This document shows, one piece after another, positions 1 through 9,398 of a DNA stretch of 64,000 nt. The translations under genes were made by a program, and so were the position numbers. This stretch comes from Candidatus Omnitrophica bacterium UBA6253 (GTDB lineage Bacteria > Omnitrophota > Gorgyraeia > Gygaellales > Profunditerraquicolaceae). The stretch covers positions 12,817-76,816 of the forward strand of contig DJVP01000009.1 of NCBI GenBank assembly GCA_002441245.1, in the 5' to 3' direction. Position 1 is the stretch's first letter; every line of letters begins with the position of its first letter. Under the pieces are notes generated by a model, which saw nothing but the letters and a program-made list of their open reading frames with translations, made no database searches and was not told the origin of the DNA.

Positions 1-1004
1 TGGTTTTTAGTATCCCTGAAAAAAGCCCAGAATATTTTTTCAACATGCGGATCTTTCAGCAACCCGGTATACACATCTTTAAGCCATTTGGCCTGCTTGC
101 CCTCAGTAGGATTCTTGCCCAGCCACCAATTATCCACACTTAAAAATCTTTTTACTCCCGGACAGCCGATCTCGGTAATCCATATTTTTTTATCTCCGTC
201 GCCATTACGCTGCATTATCTTATAGGCTAACTTAGGGTAATTTATCACCGCCTTAATCGCCCCGGGATGCAGCGGATTTTGGAAGAAATGTATGTTTAAT
301 ATATCAAAATAATCTTTTGCTCCGTTATCATATAAATGATTAACACTGGAGGCGCCATTAGCCAGGCCGCCGTTTAAAATTTTACAATCGGGGTCAATCT
401 GCTTAGCAGCTATATAGACATCCCTTAATAAAACGCAATAAGATTTAAGGCCATCCTGTTCTTTCCAGTAAGTAGGAGAATCCGGCTCATTCCAAAGCTC
501 CCAGTATTTAACCTGACCCTTATAACGTTTAATAACCCGGCTGGCGTATTCAATAAAGAGTTTGTTTTCTTTAGGGGGACAGTTCCACTTCCCGCAGGCA
601 GAGGCCCAATCAACGCTATAATGCAAAATACCTAAAATATGCATCCCTCTGCCCCTGAGCAGCTGAACAATATAATCATACTTGGTAAAATCAAATTTAC
701 CTTGCTGCGGCTCTATATCACCCCATAAAAAATCAAGCCTTACCCAGCCTACCCCCGCCTCTTGCATCAAAGACACTGATTTTTCTAAATCTGGCCTGGA
801 GGAATATTTATAACTATTCCAAGAATGATTCCAGTGTAAAAACTCCAACACCCCGAAAGGATTATGGATATTTTCCTCGTTTGAAATAAGCGGCCCATCC
901 TTCATATTTGATTTTAGCAAAGTTTCTCCGACATAAAGACCGAAAGAAATCAATAAAACCAGGGCTATGAAACAGATTATCTTATTCGTGAGGCTCTTGT
1001 TCAA
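1..1004 (-). CDS. Cellulase-family (GH5-like) glycoside hydrolase, partial; the stop codon lies beyond the left window edge. The start is probably TTG/GTG at ~1004-1019, which gives a signal peptide; an alternative ATG is at 905.
   Basis: Manual minus-strand translation reads MKDGPLISNEENIHNPFGVLEFLHW...WELWNEPD...KIWITEIGCPG..., with GH5-type NEP and TE(I)G catalytic motifs. The upstream in-frame extension NKIICFIALVLLISFGLYV looks like a signal peptide. The gene is missing from the ORF track because it runs off the window edge. Confidence 0.5.
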   Translation of the reverse strand, partial: MNKSLTNKIICFIALVLLISFGLYVGETLLKSNMKDGPLISNEENIHNPFGVLEFLHWNHSWNSYKYSSRPDLEKSVSLMQEAGVGWVRLDFLWGDIEPQQGKFDFTKYDYIVQLLRGRGMHILGILHYSVDWASACGKWNCPPKENKLFIEYASRVIKRYKGQVKYWELWNEPDSPTYWKEQDGLKSYCVLLRDVYIAAKQIDPDCKILNGGLANGASSVNHLYDNGAKDYFDILNIHFFQNPLHPGAIKAVINYPKLAYKIMQRNGDGDKKIWITEIGCPGVKRFLSVDNWWLGKNPTEGKQAKWLKDVYTGLLKDPHVEKIFWAFFRDTKN

Positions 1005-2319
1005 TATTGATATAATCACCGAAATCTATTCTCTCCCCCATCTCCTGCTTAACCACCCTGATCCTGTCAGGGACATACGGATGGGTTTTATAATAAGACT
1101 TCTCCTGAATCGGCATCCTGCGGTTTATATCCTGCAGCTTGGCCAGAAAAGTAATCATGCCGTGGGGGTCATAACCTGCCAGCTTGGCATAACGGGCCCC
1201 CAATTGATCGGCAAGTAATTCATCTTCACGGCTATAGCCAAGGAGAAACTGGGTAAAAGCAACATCTGCGGCAGTCCCCACATCCCCTGTGCCTGGAGCA
1301 ACTGCTACTAATAACCTTAGAATGGAATAACTTTGCATTGCCTGCAATTTCTTAATGCTATGGCGGGCTACGATATGCCCTACTTCATGCGCCAAAACAC
1401 AGGCCAACTCATCATCATTTGATACCTTGCCCAGCAACCCGCTATTTACATAAATATATCCTCCGGGGAGAGAAACAGCGTTGACCTGTTCATCCTCTAA
1501 AACCCGAAAATGATAATCAATTTCTTTCCGGTCGCTTACCGCGGCTATTTTTCTACCTATATCCTCAACGCGTTTCTGCTGCAAGGGGTCAGCTGAAAAT
1601 TTATATTGTTTTTCTACCTGCCGGTCGATTGACCGGCCCATCTGCACTTCTTTATCTGTACTGTAATAATATTTTTCCTCTTGCTTAGTAGCCAGGTTGT
1701 ATTCGGTTGAGCAACCGCTCATAACAAAAAATACTCCGGCCAATAAAAATAAGCCTAACTTCTTAAAAATCTGGTAAAGCTTCCTTAAGGGTAGCCCTAC
1801 GACATTATAAAAACAGCCCTCTGTCCTTTTAATAAAAAAAGCGCCCTTGCCCTGAATATCAAAACTTCCTGCCTTGTCCATTGGCGAAACCTGCTTAAAA
1901 TAATTAGAAATCTCAGCGTCGTTTAATTTATCCATGTAAACCCTGGTTTCTTCATGTCCGGACACCAGCTTTTCCCCCTGCTTATCCTTTTTTATAACTG
2001 CCAGCCCGGTATAAAGGCTCTGCGGCCGGCTTGATAATTTTTTAAGCATTCTACGGGCATCTTGCATATTCTTTGGCTTACCGAATATTTTACCCCTCTG
2101 CACACAAATAGTATCTGCGGCAATAATAATTCCATCCTTAACCTTGCCGGCAACATATTTAGCTTTATTGCAGGCATTATACTTTACCAGCTGAGAATAA
2201 GATGAATTCCCGCGCTCCTTTTTTTCTTTAACCTTGGCGGGAATAACCTCAAACTTTAAGCCAAATCTCTCTAATAATTTTTTTCTTGCTTTCGACTTAG
2301 ACGCTAAATATATTTTCAT
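982..2319 (-). CDS. maf: Single 445-aa ORF: an N-terminal Maf nucleoside-triphosphate pyrophosphatase (~190 aa) runs in frame into a YcaL-like M48 Zn-metallopeptidase lipoprotein (~255 aa, HEVGH motif). A signal/anchor peptide, FKKLGLFLLAGVFFVMSGC, sits between the two domains.
   Basis: The N-terminal sequence MKIYLASKSKARKKLLERFGL...GLPLRKLYQIF is typical of Maf. The internal KK+hydrophobic+lipobox-like VMSGC segment is followed by HEVGHIVARH and other M48 family features. There is no stop codon between the two parts. An ATT codon (complement of 1768-1770) lies exactly where a lipoprotein start would be. Confidence 0.6.
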   Translation of the reverse strand: MKIYLASKSKARKKLLERFGLKFEVIPAKVKEKKERGNSSYSQLVKYNACNKAKYVAGKVKDGIIIAADTICVQRGKIFGKPKNMQDARRMLKKLSSRPQSLYTGLAVIKKDKQGEKLVSGHEETRVYMDKLNDAEISNYFKQVSPMDKAGSFDIQGKGAFFIKRTEGCFYNVVGLPLRKLYQIFKKLGLFLLAGVFFVMSGCSTEYNLATKQEEKYYYSTDKEVQMGRSIDRQVEKQYKFSADPLQQKRVEDIGRKIAAVSDRKEIDYHFRVLEDEQVNAVSLPGGYIYVNSGLLGKVSNDDELACVLAHEVGHIVARHSIKKLQAMQSYSILRLLVAVAPGTGDVGTAADVAFTQFLLGYSREDELLADQLGARYAKLAGYDPHGMITFLAKLQDINRRMPIQEKSYYKTHPYVPDRIRVVKQEMGERIDFGDYINIEQEPHE

Positions 2320-3599
2320 TATTTTGCAACTTGTTTAGCGGGTGGCTTAAGCTGGATTAAAGCCGCAGCGCTTTCTCCGGCCAAATAACCCGTCGAGAAC
2401 GCTGCCTGCAGATTAAACCCTCCGGTATCTGCATCTATATCAATCATCTCCCCGCAAAAATACAGCCCCTTAATCAGACGCGACTCCATAGTCTTCGGAT
2501 TTATTTCTTTTAAACTTACCCCGCCCCGGGTCACCATCCCCTCCTCAATAGGCCTGGCCTTAGAAATATCCATCCGAAAACCTTTAAGCAAGGAAATAAT
2601 TCTCTCTCTTTCGCCTTGCGTAATCTGGTTGCATTTCTTAAGCAGGTCAATTGCGGCCATCTCTATAAAAACCTTAATTAACCTTAAGGGCAATAATTCT
2701 TTAAGTGCATTCTTGATGCTTTTTTTAGCATTCGCCTTAAACTCCCTAAGCAGGCGGTTATCCAGCTGCTCATTGGATAAGGCAGGTTTTAAATCTATCT
2801 CGACAGAAACATTCTTATTTTGCTCAAGCATATCTATCACCTTGCCGCTTAAGGTAATCGCTAGCGGACCGGATATCCCGGAGGCAGTAAAAACCAGTTC
2901 CCCTATCTCAGAGACAATTTGCGTTTTGCCGTCAAAAAACTTAAGTCTGATATTACGCAAAGTCAGGCCTTCTAATTTCCTGGGATACCCCTGTTTTACA
3001 TCAAGAGGAATTAAACCCGGACGCAAAGGCACGATATCATGCCCAAGTTTTTTGGCAATATTTACCCCCGAGGCATCAGAACCGGTAAAGCTATAACTTG
3101 CCCCTCCGCAAGCTAAAATTATCTTATCACAGACAATATCCCATCCATTTTCTAAACGCACAGCCCTAACCTTGCCGCCAGCCAAGAACAGATCAACTAC
3201 TTTGGCTTTGTAAATAACCTGCGCCCCGGATCTTTCCAGTTCCTTTTTTAATATATCAAGTATACTCGTTGAACGGTCGGTCTGCGGGAAAACGCGCATC
3301 TGGCGTTCTATTTTTAATTTTAATCCACGCTGCTCAAAAAAATCCATAAGCTGGCGGTTAAAAAATTTCTTAAAGGCATCCCTTAAGAAATCCCCGTTTT
3401 TAGAGAACCGTTTCAGGAAATATTCGAGGTCTTCTGTGTTGGTAAGGTTGCAGCGGCCCTTGCCGCTTAAGAGAAGTTTGTTGCCGAGCGAATCTTTTTT
3501 TTCAAGAAGAGTTACATCCTGGCCAAGGCCTGCTGCCCGGATTGCTGCCATCATACCTGATGGCCCACCGCCGACTACTACTATCTTTATTTTTTGCAC
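2319..3599 (-). CDS. HI0933/BaiN(YhiN)-family NAD(P)/FAD-dependent flavoprotein
   Basis: N-terminal VVVGGGPSGMMAAIRAA dinucleotide-binding fold; the length (426 aa) and overall conservation pattern match the HI0933-like family. Confidence 0.7.
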   Translation of the reverse strand: MQKIKIVVVGGGPSGMMAAIRAAGLGQDVTLLEKKDSLGNKLLLSGKGRCNLTNTEDLEYFLKRFSKNGDFLRDAFKKFFNRQLMDFFEQRGLKLKIERQMRVFPQTDRSTSILDILKKELERSGAQVIYKAKVVDLFLAGGKVRAVRLENGWDIVCDKIILACGGASYSFTGSDASGVNIAKKLGHDIVPLRPGLIPLDVKQGYPRKLEGLTLRNIRLKFFDGKTQIVSEIGELVFTASGISGPLAITLSGKVIDMLEQNKNVSVEIDLKPALSNEQLDNRLLREFKANAKKSIKNALKELLPLRLIKVFIEMAAIDLLKKCNQITQGERERIISLLKGFRMDISKARPIEEGMVTRGGVSLKEINPKTMESRLIKGLYFCGEMIDIDADTGGFNLQAAFSTGYLAGESAAALIQLKPPAKQVAK

Positions 3600-3608
3600 A
3601 AAGTTTAC

Positions 3609-4169
3609 CTAGAGGCCAAAATCCGCAAGCTTAAAGATTGATTCTAGTTTCAAGCCTGCCTGAGCCAAATTATCAGCAGCGCCTTCGCTGCGATCGACAA
3701 TCACAATCGCCTTATCGGCTATTACTCCGATCTTGTCTAATGCCAATTTGGCTTCCATGATTGCCTTGCCGCTGGTTGCCACATCATCCACAAGAATTAC
3801 CCGCGCACCTTTTTTAAGCACGGGTCCTTCCACCTGCCTCTGCGTTCCATGCTCTTTAGCTTGCTTGCGTACAATAAATGTTTTTATCGGGCATCTGTTA
3901 ATATAACTTAAAGCAGCCAGGGCGCCAACAATAGGATCAGCCCCAAGGGTCGGTCCGCCAACAGCATCCAAAACCTCATCTTTAATCATATCTAATATTA
4001 TGCCGGCAACCAGATACGCCCCTTCCGGGGTCAAAGTGATTACACGACCATCAAGGTAATAATTACTCTCCTTACCTGAAGAAAGCACAAATTTACCTCT
4101 TTTTAAGGCCTCTTTATTAAGCAAAACCAGCAGGCTGGCTTTAAGTTGTGCGCGGGTTTGTTTCTCCAT
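3609..4169 (-). CDS. pyrE: Orotate phosphoribosyltransferase
   Basis: KFVLSSGKESNYYLD... and the VILVDDVATSGKA PRPP-binding motif; 186 aa. Confidence 0.8.
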   Translation of the reverse strand: MEKQTRAQLKASLLVLLNKEALKRGKFVLSSGKESNYYLDGRVITLTPEGAYLVAGIILDMIKDEVLDAVGGPTLGADPIVGALAALSYINRCPIKTFIVRKQAKEHGTQRQVEGPVLKKGARVILVDDVATSGKAIMEAKLALDKIGVIADKAIVIVDRSEGAADNLAQAGLKLESIFKLADFGL

Positions 4170-4211
4170 GATTGTTTATTTTACTATCGATAGTCCCGAC
4201 TGTCAATTACT

Positions 4212-4240
4212 TTGACAAAGCCGATTTTCATTGTTATTAT
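4212..4240 (+). promoter_or_regulatory. Consensus sigma70-type promoter: TTGACA, 17-nt spacer, TATTAT. The -10 box ends 6 nt before the comFC ATG, so the mRNA is probably leaderless.
   Basis: Read directly from the sequence: ttgaca at 4212-4217, tattat at 4235-4240, ATG at 4247. There is no Shine-Dalgarno sequence in between. Confidence 0.45.
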
Positions 4241-4246
4241 ATCTTT

Positions 4247-4972
4247 ATGTTGCGCGGATTATTTGCCGGCATAAAGGATTTAATTTATCCAAATTGCTGC
4301 CTGGCCTGCAAAAACAAGATAGGTCCGGATAGAAAACAGATTTTAATCTGCACGCAGTGCTGGGAAAAGATTGAAAAAAACATCCCCCCTTTCTGCGTAT
4401 CCTGCGGCAGGCGGCTGGATAAAATAAACGCGGGCAAAAATATGTGCTCAAACTGCTTAAAGTTTAAATTTAATTTTGACCGGGCATTTAGCCCCTGCGC
4501 ATATACGGGCACAATAAAGAAACTAATTCATGAGTTTAAATATGCCGGCAAAGATTATTTAGGAGAACCTTTGGGAAACCTGATGAATAAATTCATTAAA
4601 GATTACCGCCTGCCTATTGAATACCTTGATTTCATAATACCTGTTCCTTTGCATAAAAGCCGGGTGAGGGAAAGAGAGTTTAACCAGGCCCAAATCTTGA
4701 GCGAGCAGATAGCTAAAGAGTTCAACAAGAAAATACTCCCTGACGTTTTAATCCGCAGCAGGCCAACCAGGACTCAAACCGAACTAAGCTTTGAAGAACG
4801 GTGCAAAAACGTAAAAAGGAGCTTCCTGGTCAAGGATCCTGGATTAATTAAAGGTGCCAACCTTTTACTTATTGACGATGTGCTGACTACGGGGGCTACA
4901 TCAAGCGAGGCGGCCGGGGCTTTAAAAGATTCCGGTGCAGGAATAATTTTTGTGATGACCCTGGCTAACTAA
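4247..4972 (+). CDS. comFC: ComF-family protein (ComFC-like phosphoribosyltransferase-domain protein). The ORF opens at 4172, but the likely start is the ATG at 4247.
   Basis: N-terminal Cys4 zinc-finger (CLACKNK...CTQCW...CVSCGRRL...CSNC) and a C-terminal PRTase motif LLIDDVLTTGAT. Confidence 0.7.
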   Translation: MLRGLFAGIKDLIYPNCCLACKNKIGPDRKQILICTQCWEKIEKNIPPFCVSCGRRLDKINAGKNMCSNCLKFKFNFDRAFSPCAYTGTIKKLIHEFKYAGKDYLGEPLGNLMNKFIKDYRLPIEYLDFIIPVPLHKSRVREREFNQAQILSEQIAKEFNKKILPDVLIRSRPTRTQTELSFEERCKNVKRSFLVKDPGLIKGANLLLIDDVLTTGATSSEAAGALKDSGAGIIFVMTLAN

Positions 4973-4974
4973 AT

Positions 4975-6078
4975 ATGAAAATCCTGCGTAATTATATTTT
5001 AAGGGAATTTTTATCACCCCTCTTTTTATCACTGGGGGTACTTACCTTTGTCATGGTTTTAATAGGCAATCTAAAACGCATTGCCGACTTGGTAATTAAC
5101 AAAGGGGTGGACCTATTCAGCGTGCTGCAAATCTTTATCTACCTTACCCCTTACATAGTCACCTACACCCTGCCCATATCAGTGCTCATAGCAGTATTAC
5201 TTGCTTTGGGCAGACTCTCCAGCGATAACGAAATAATTGCTATACGCTCAAGCGGCGTAAGCCTGTTTAAATTAATTCTGCCTTTACTAATCATCAGCCT
5301 GATCTTAAGTTTAGGCCTTGTAGTTTTCAATGACCAGGCGGCTTCATACGCGCATTTCGCTTACCGCAAAACCTTGAAAGAAATGGGGATAAAAAACCCC
5401 ACTGCAGCATTTGAAGAAGGGGTGTTTATCGACTCCTTCCAAAGATACATCCTTTTTATTTATCATGTTGACCAAAAGAAAAACCGTATGAATAATATCC
5501 GCATCTATGAACCCCAGGGAGACGATAAACCTACGCGTACGATTGTGGCTAAAGCCGGTGAGTTTATCAGTATCCCGGATAAAAATATTGTGAAATTAAA
5601 GCTTATCGATGGAACAAGCGACGAACCTGACCCGGAAAACCCCACTAACTTCTATAAACTTAACTTCCGCACCTATTTCATGAACCTGAATATGAGCCAG
5701 ATGCAGGATAAGGTTGTGGATAAAAAATATAAAGAAATGACAATCCGGGAACTGAAAAAAGAAGCCGAAAAACTTAAGAAAGAAGGCATCAGCCCTGCCC
5801 CATTAATTACAAAAATCCATGAAAAATTAGCCCTGGCCTTCTCCTGTTTTGTATTTATGCTTCTGGGCTCATCTCTCGGCATTATTACTCGCCGGAGAGA
5901 AAAATCAATTAACATCGGTATAGCCGTATTAATTATTATCTGTTACTACCCTCTTCTCATAGGTTGTGAGGCGCTGGCGATTGAAGGGCACCTTCCGGCT
6001 GCCCTTGCCCTCTGGATACCTAATATCATATTCGCCAGTATAGGGGCTTATTTAACACATAAACTATGCGCATCCTAG
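4975..6078 (+). CDS. lptF: LPS export ABC transporter permease LptF (YjgP/YjgQ family)
   Basis: MKILRNYILREF... six-TM permease with a periplasmic beta-jellyroll region. It is paired with a paralog immediately downstream. Confidence 0.75.
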   Translation: MKILRNYILREFLSPLFLSLGVLTFVMVLIGNLKRIADLVINKGVDLFSVLQIFIYLTPYIVTYTLPISVLIAVLLALGRLSSDNEIIAIRSSGVSLFKLILPLLIISLILSLGLVVFNDQAASYAHFAYRKTLKEMGIKNPTAAFEEGVFIDSFQRYILFIYHVDQKKNRMNNIRIYEPQGDDKPTRTIVAKAGEFISIPDKNIVKLKLIDGTSDEPDPENPTNFYKLNFRTYFMNLNMSQMQDKVVDKKYKEMTIRELKKEAEKLKKEGISPAPLITKIHEKLALAFSCFVFMLLGSSLGIITRRREKSINIGIAVLIIICYYPLLIGCEALAIEGHLPAALALWIPNIIFASIGAYLTHKLCAS

Positions 6079-7166
6079 ACCGCTACATCCTAAAATCAGT
6101 TGTTTATATATTTCTTTCCTGTATTTTTAGCTTTCTTTTTCTATACATCATCATTGACCTGCTTTCTAATTTAGACGAGGTATTAAAACACCGCGCTACT
6201 TTTATGCTTTTGGCGCGTTACTATCTTTCTTACCTGCCGGTAATGTTCGTTCAGGTATCGCCTTTCGCCTGCCTCTTGAGCACAGTATATACATTCAGCA
6301 AACTTAATCATAATAATGAAATAATCGCCATGCGTTCCAGCGGCTTGAGTATATTTGATATTACCAGAAATGTCCTGATATTTGGCTTGCTAATCAGCTT
6401 GCTGGTATTCTGGGTAAATGACAGGTTCGTCCCTGCTGCCCTGGCCGAAAACCAGAAGATCAAGGCGCAAATGGAAGAAGGCTCCAAAGGCAATAAAACC
6501 AAAAAGCTCAATGTAATCCTGAACCTTTCCATGTATGGTTCAAGAAACAGGCTTTTTTTTATCAGTAAATTCTTTCCCAATACTAAAACCATGGAAGGAA
6601 TTACAATCTTAGAACATGATGAAAACCAGAATCTGACCAAGAAAATTGTCGCTGACAAAGGGACTTACGTGGACGGATTATGGAGATTCTCCCAATGCAT
6701 TACATATAATTTTGACCGCAATGGACAGGTGGTCGATGAACCATCCTACTTTGAGGAAGAAATTATGGCGATACCCGAAACTCCGCGTGATTTCGCAAAC
6801 CTCAGGCAAAAACCTGAACTGATGGATATTCGCCAGATGCAAGATTATATCTGGAGAGTTTCTAAAAGCGGGGCGACTACCGTAATCCGGAATTTAAAAG
6901 TTGACCTCTACCAACGCTTTACCGCTCCATTTACCAGCCTGATAATTATACTTTTAGGGATCCCGTTTTCGCTTATGACGGGCAGGCGTGCCACAGGCAT
7001 GGCTTCTATCGGTATCTCGATTATCGTGGGATTCCTTTATTATATCCTTGATGCCATATTCCTGGCTATAGGAAAATCCGGGCTGCTTATGCCCTTTATG
7101 GCGGCGTCAATGAGCCATTTGATTGTCATCTCAACCAGCCTTTTTCTTATAGCAAGATTACCTTAA
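6066..7166 (+). CDS. lptG: LPS export ABC transporter permease LptG
   Basis: MRILDRYILKSV...; YjgP/YjgQ family paralog that overlaps the lptF stop. Confidence 0.75.
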   Translation: MRILDRYILKSVVYIFLSCIFSFLFLYIIIDLLSNLDEVLKHRATFMLLARYYLSYLPVMFVQVSPFACLLSTVYTFSKLNHNNEIIAMRSSGLSIFDITRNVLIFGLLISLLVFWVNDRFVPAALAENQKIKAQMEEGSKGNKTKKLNVILNLSMYGSRNRLFFISKFFPNTKTMEGITILEHDENQNLTKKIVADKGTYVDGLWRFSQCITYNFDRNGQVVDEPSYFEEEIMAIPETPRDFANLRQKPELMDIRQMQDYIWRVSKSGATTVIRNLKVDLYQRFTAPFTSLIIILLGIPFSLMTGRRATGMASIGISIIVGFLYYILDAIFLAIGKSGLLMPFMAASMSHLIVISTSLFLIARLP

Positions 7167-7172
7167 TTATTT

Positions 7173-8297
7173 TTAAGAAATATAAATTCGCGGGATGCGA
7201 CTGCCTAAACCACAGACAATCTCATAAGAAATAGTACCGGCTAAATCTGCCAACTGTTCAGTAGTAATCTTTTCTTTTCCTTGTTTTCCGATCAAGACTA
7301 CCTCATCTGCAAGCTTTGGTTTAAATTTACCTACGTCGACCATAATCTGGTCCATGCAAATTCTGCCGCTGACATAAAACCTCTTGCCGCCAATTAAAAG
7401 CGGAGCCAGATTAGAAAGGTTTCGCGGATAACCATCGCCATATCCGATAGGTAAAGTAACAATATGGGCCGGCCGCCTTGTTATATAGGCATGGCCGTAG
7501 CTTATGCCGTAACCGGCGGGGACTTGTTTAATAAAAATCACGCGGGTTTTAAGGCTTAAGGCAGGCTTTAATTTTATCCCCAGCCTGGGTTTGGGGGCTA
7601 ATCCATAAATTACCAATCCCGGCCTGACCATAGTAAAATGGCTATCCCGATAATTAATCAAACCGACGCTGTTAGCAGCATGTACCAACGGAATGGCTAT
7701 GCCGATTTTCTTTAATTCATTGACCAGCTTATAAAATAGCTTGATTTGAAAAGCGGTAAAGTTACGGCCGGAATCAGCGAAAGGGAAATGCGTAAAAATC
7801 CCTTCGATTATAACGGATTTAAGCTTATGGATTTTCTTGACCAACTCAAAGGCATCCTGATGCGCGACTCCAATCCTGCCCATTCCGGTATCTACTTTAA
7901 TATGCAGACGTATCGGTTTCTTCAACGCGACAGCCTTTCTGCTTAACGCGACAGCTAATTCGTAATCGCAGATAGTAGGGGTAAGTTTAAAAGTAAAAAG
8001 CGACTGGATATCCTGTTCAAGAATCAGGCCGAGCACAAGGATGGGTGTCTTTATATGCGCCTTTCTTAACCTTACCCCTTCATCAATAGAAGCAACCCCC
8101 AGGTAATCCACTCCGGCACCAGCCAATCTTTTAGATACGGGGATTAAGCCATGGCCGTAAGCATCGGCTTTCACAGTGACCAATATTTTTGTCTGTGGCC
8201 GCAGACGCGACTTCACCTGCCTAAAATTATGTTCTAAATTACTAAGATTAACCTCTGCCCAGGTGGGCCGGTAACCTATCTTATTTTTATCTGGCAT
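7173..8297 (-). CDS. alr: Alanine racemase
   Basis: VKADAYGHG PLP-lysine motif; ~374 aa. Confidence 0.8.
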   Translation of the reverse strand: MPDKNKIGYRPTWAEVNLSNLEHNFRQVKSRLRPQTKILVTVKADAYGHGLIPVSKRLAGAGVDYLGVASIDEGVRLRKAHIKTPILVLGLILEQDIQSLFTFKLTPTICDYELAVALSRKAVALKKPIRLHIKVDTGMGRIGVAHQDAFELVKKIHKLKSVIIEGIFTHFPFADSGRNFTAFQIKLFYKLVNELKKIGIAIPLVHAANSVGLINYRDSHFTMVRPGLVIYGLAPKPRLGIKLKPALSLKTRVIFIKQVPAGYGISYGHAYITRRPAHIVTLPIGYGDGYPRNLSNLAPLLIGGKRFYVSGRICMDQIMVDVGKFKPKLADEVVLIGKQGKEKITTEQLADLAGTISYEIVCGLGSRIPRIYIS

Positions 8298-8950
8298 TCT
8301 TGAGGGTATAAATAAATTGGTTTAATTGCCTGCGCTGAACTATATTGCCTAGCTTTTATTTTTCCCAAAGCCAGTTTGATAAGATTATGCGCTTTAGGGA
8401 ACCAGTAATCCTTATCCAAGATAGTTGCGCCTTTTATAAGAGAAGACATCTTCTCCTTATATAAAATTGTGGCGTCTCCTAAAATTACCGCCTTGACGGG
8501 AAACTCTTTAACAAATTCATCCAAACTTAAAAGCTTATATTCACTTTTACGCTTAAGGGCATCTCCTTCTTTTTTATAAGAACTGCAATAAAGAAGGCCC
8601 CTCCTGGCATCTATCGCCGGGACAATCAGGGAATTATCAAGCATAACATTTGCCGCCAGAATATCCAGCGTGGATATTCCAACAACTGGTTTATCCCTGG
8701 CAATGCTTAAGCCTTTTACCGCAGCTAAGCCTATACGTATCCCGGTAAAAGACCCCGGCCCCAGGCCACATGCAAAATAATCAATATCCGATATTTTTAA
8801 TCCCGCCGCCTCAATAACCCTTTGAATAGTCGGGACCAAAAGAGCAGAAAGGCCTCTGCCTGTCTCAAGGTTATATTCGTAAAATTTTCCATCCGCATAT
8901 AATCCAAGGCAGAGGAATTTGGTAGTAGTATCAATTCCTAATATTTTCAT
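8276..8950 (-). CDS. tsaB: tRNA threonylcarbamoyladenosine biosynthesis protein TsaB (YeaZ)
   Basis: MKILGIDTTT... Kae1/YgjD-like inactive paralog, located next to tsaE. Confidence 0.75.
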   Translation of the reverse strand: MKILGIDTTTKFLCLGLYADGKFYEYNLETGRGLSALLVPTIQRVIEAAGLKISDIDYFACGLGPGSFTGIRIGLAAVKGLSIARDKPVVGISTLDILAANVMLDNSLIVPAIDARRGLLYCSSYKKEGDALKRKSEYKLLSLDEFVKEFPVKAVILGDATILYKEKMSSLIKGATILDKDYWFPKAHNLIKLALGKIKARQYSSAQAIKPIYLYPQECQIKIR

Positions 8951-9398
8951 AAATTATCCTTGCCATCTGTTTATACCTGGGCCCCCTGCCAATAAACTCA
9001 AGTATCCTATGGTTTCTGGATTTATTAGATAGCTTAATCTTTAAGAATTCCTTTGGCAAGAGGAATTTTAGACGTTCCGGCCATTCGATAACCGTTATGG
9101 CGTCAGAGTAAAAATACTCTTCATACCCTAGTGCCAGGATTTCTTTATGGCTCCTGACCCGGTAAAAATCAAAGTGGTTTAAGAAATGCTTTCCTTTATA
9201 TACGCGCAGGAAAACAAAGGTAGGGCTGACTACATTATGTTTATCTATGCCCAGGCCTTGTGCAATTCCCTTAGCCAAAACTGTTTTGCCTGCGCCAAGC
9301 GATCCGGATAAAAGGATAATTTCTCCTCCACGAAGGTTACGCGCAATCAACTTGCCTATTCTTAATGTATGGCTGACTGATGTAGATAGTTTCTTCAT
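8931..9398 (-). CDS. tsaE: tRNA t6A ATPase TsaE (YjeE)
   Basis: LSGSLGAGKT Walker A motif and VVSPTFVF motif; 155 aa. Confidence 0.75.
   Translation of the reverse strand: MKKLSTSVSHTLRIGKLIARNLRGGEIILLSGSLGAGKTVLAKGIAQGLGIDKHNVVSPTFVFLRVYKGKHFLNHFDFYRVRSHKEILALGYEEYFYSDAITVIEWPERLKFLLPKEFLKIKLSNKSRNHRILEFIGRGPRYKQMARIIYENIRN

Noticed and set aside
967-1218. Plus-strand 83-aa ORF overlapping the junction between the glycosidase and the M48 peptidase.
   Set aside because: It is fully antisense to two conserved minus-strand coding regions. I judged it spurious.
2629-3096. Plus-strand ORFs of 60-240 aa embedded opposite long minus-strand genes (e.g. 2629-3096, 9438-10166, 27391-27864, 55661-56131, 18608-18976).
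   Set aside because: These are shadow ORFs antisense to well-supported conserved genes. Their composition is low-complexity and Ser/Leu/Pro-rich, and they have no Shine-Dalgarno sequences.
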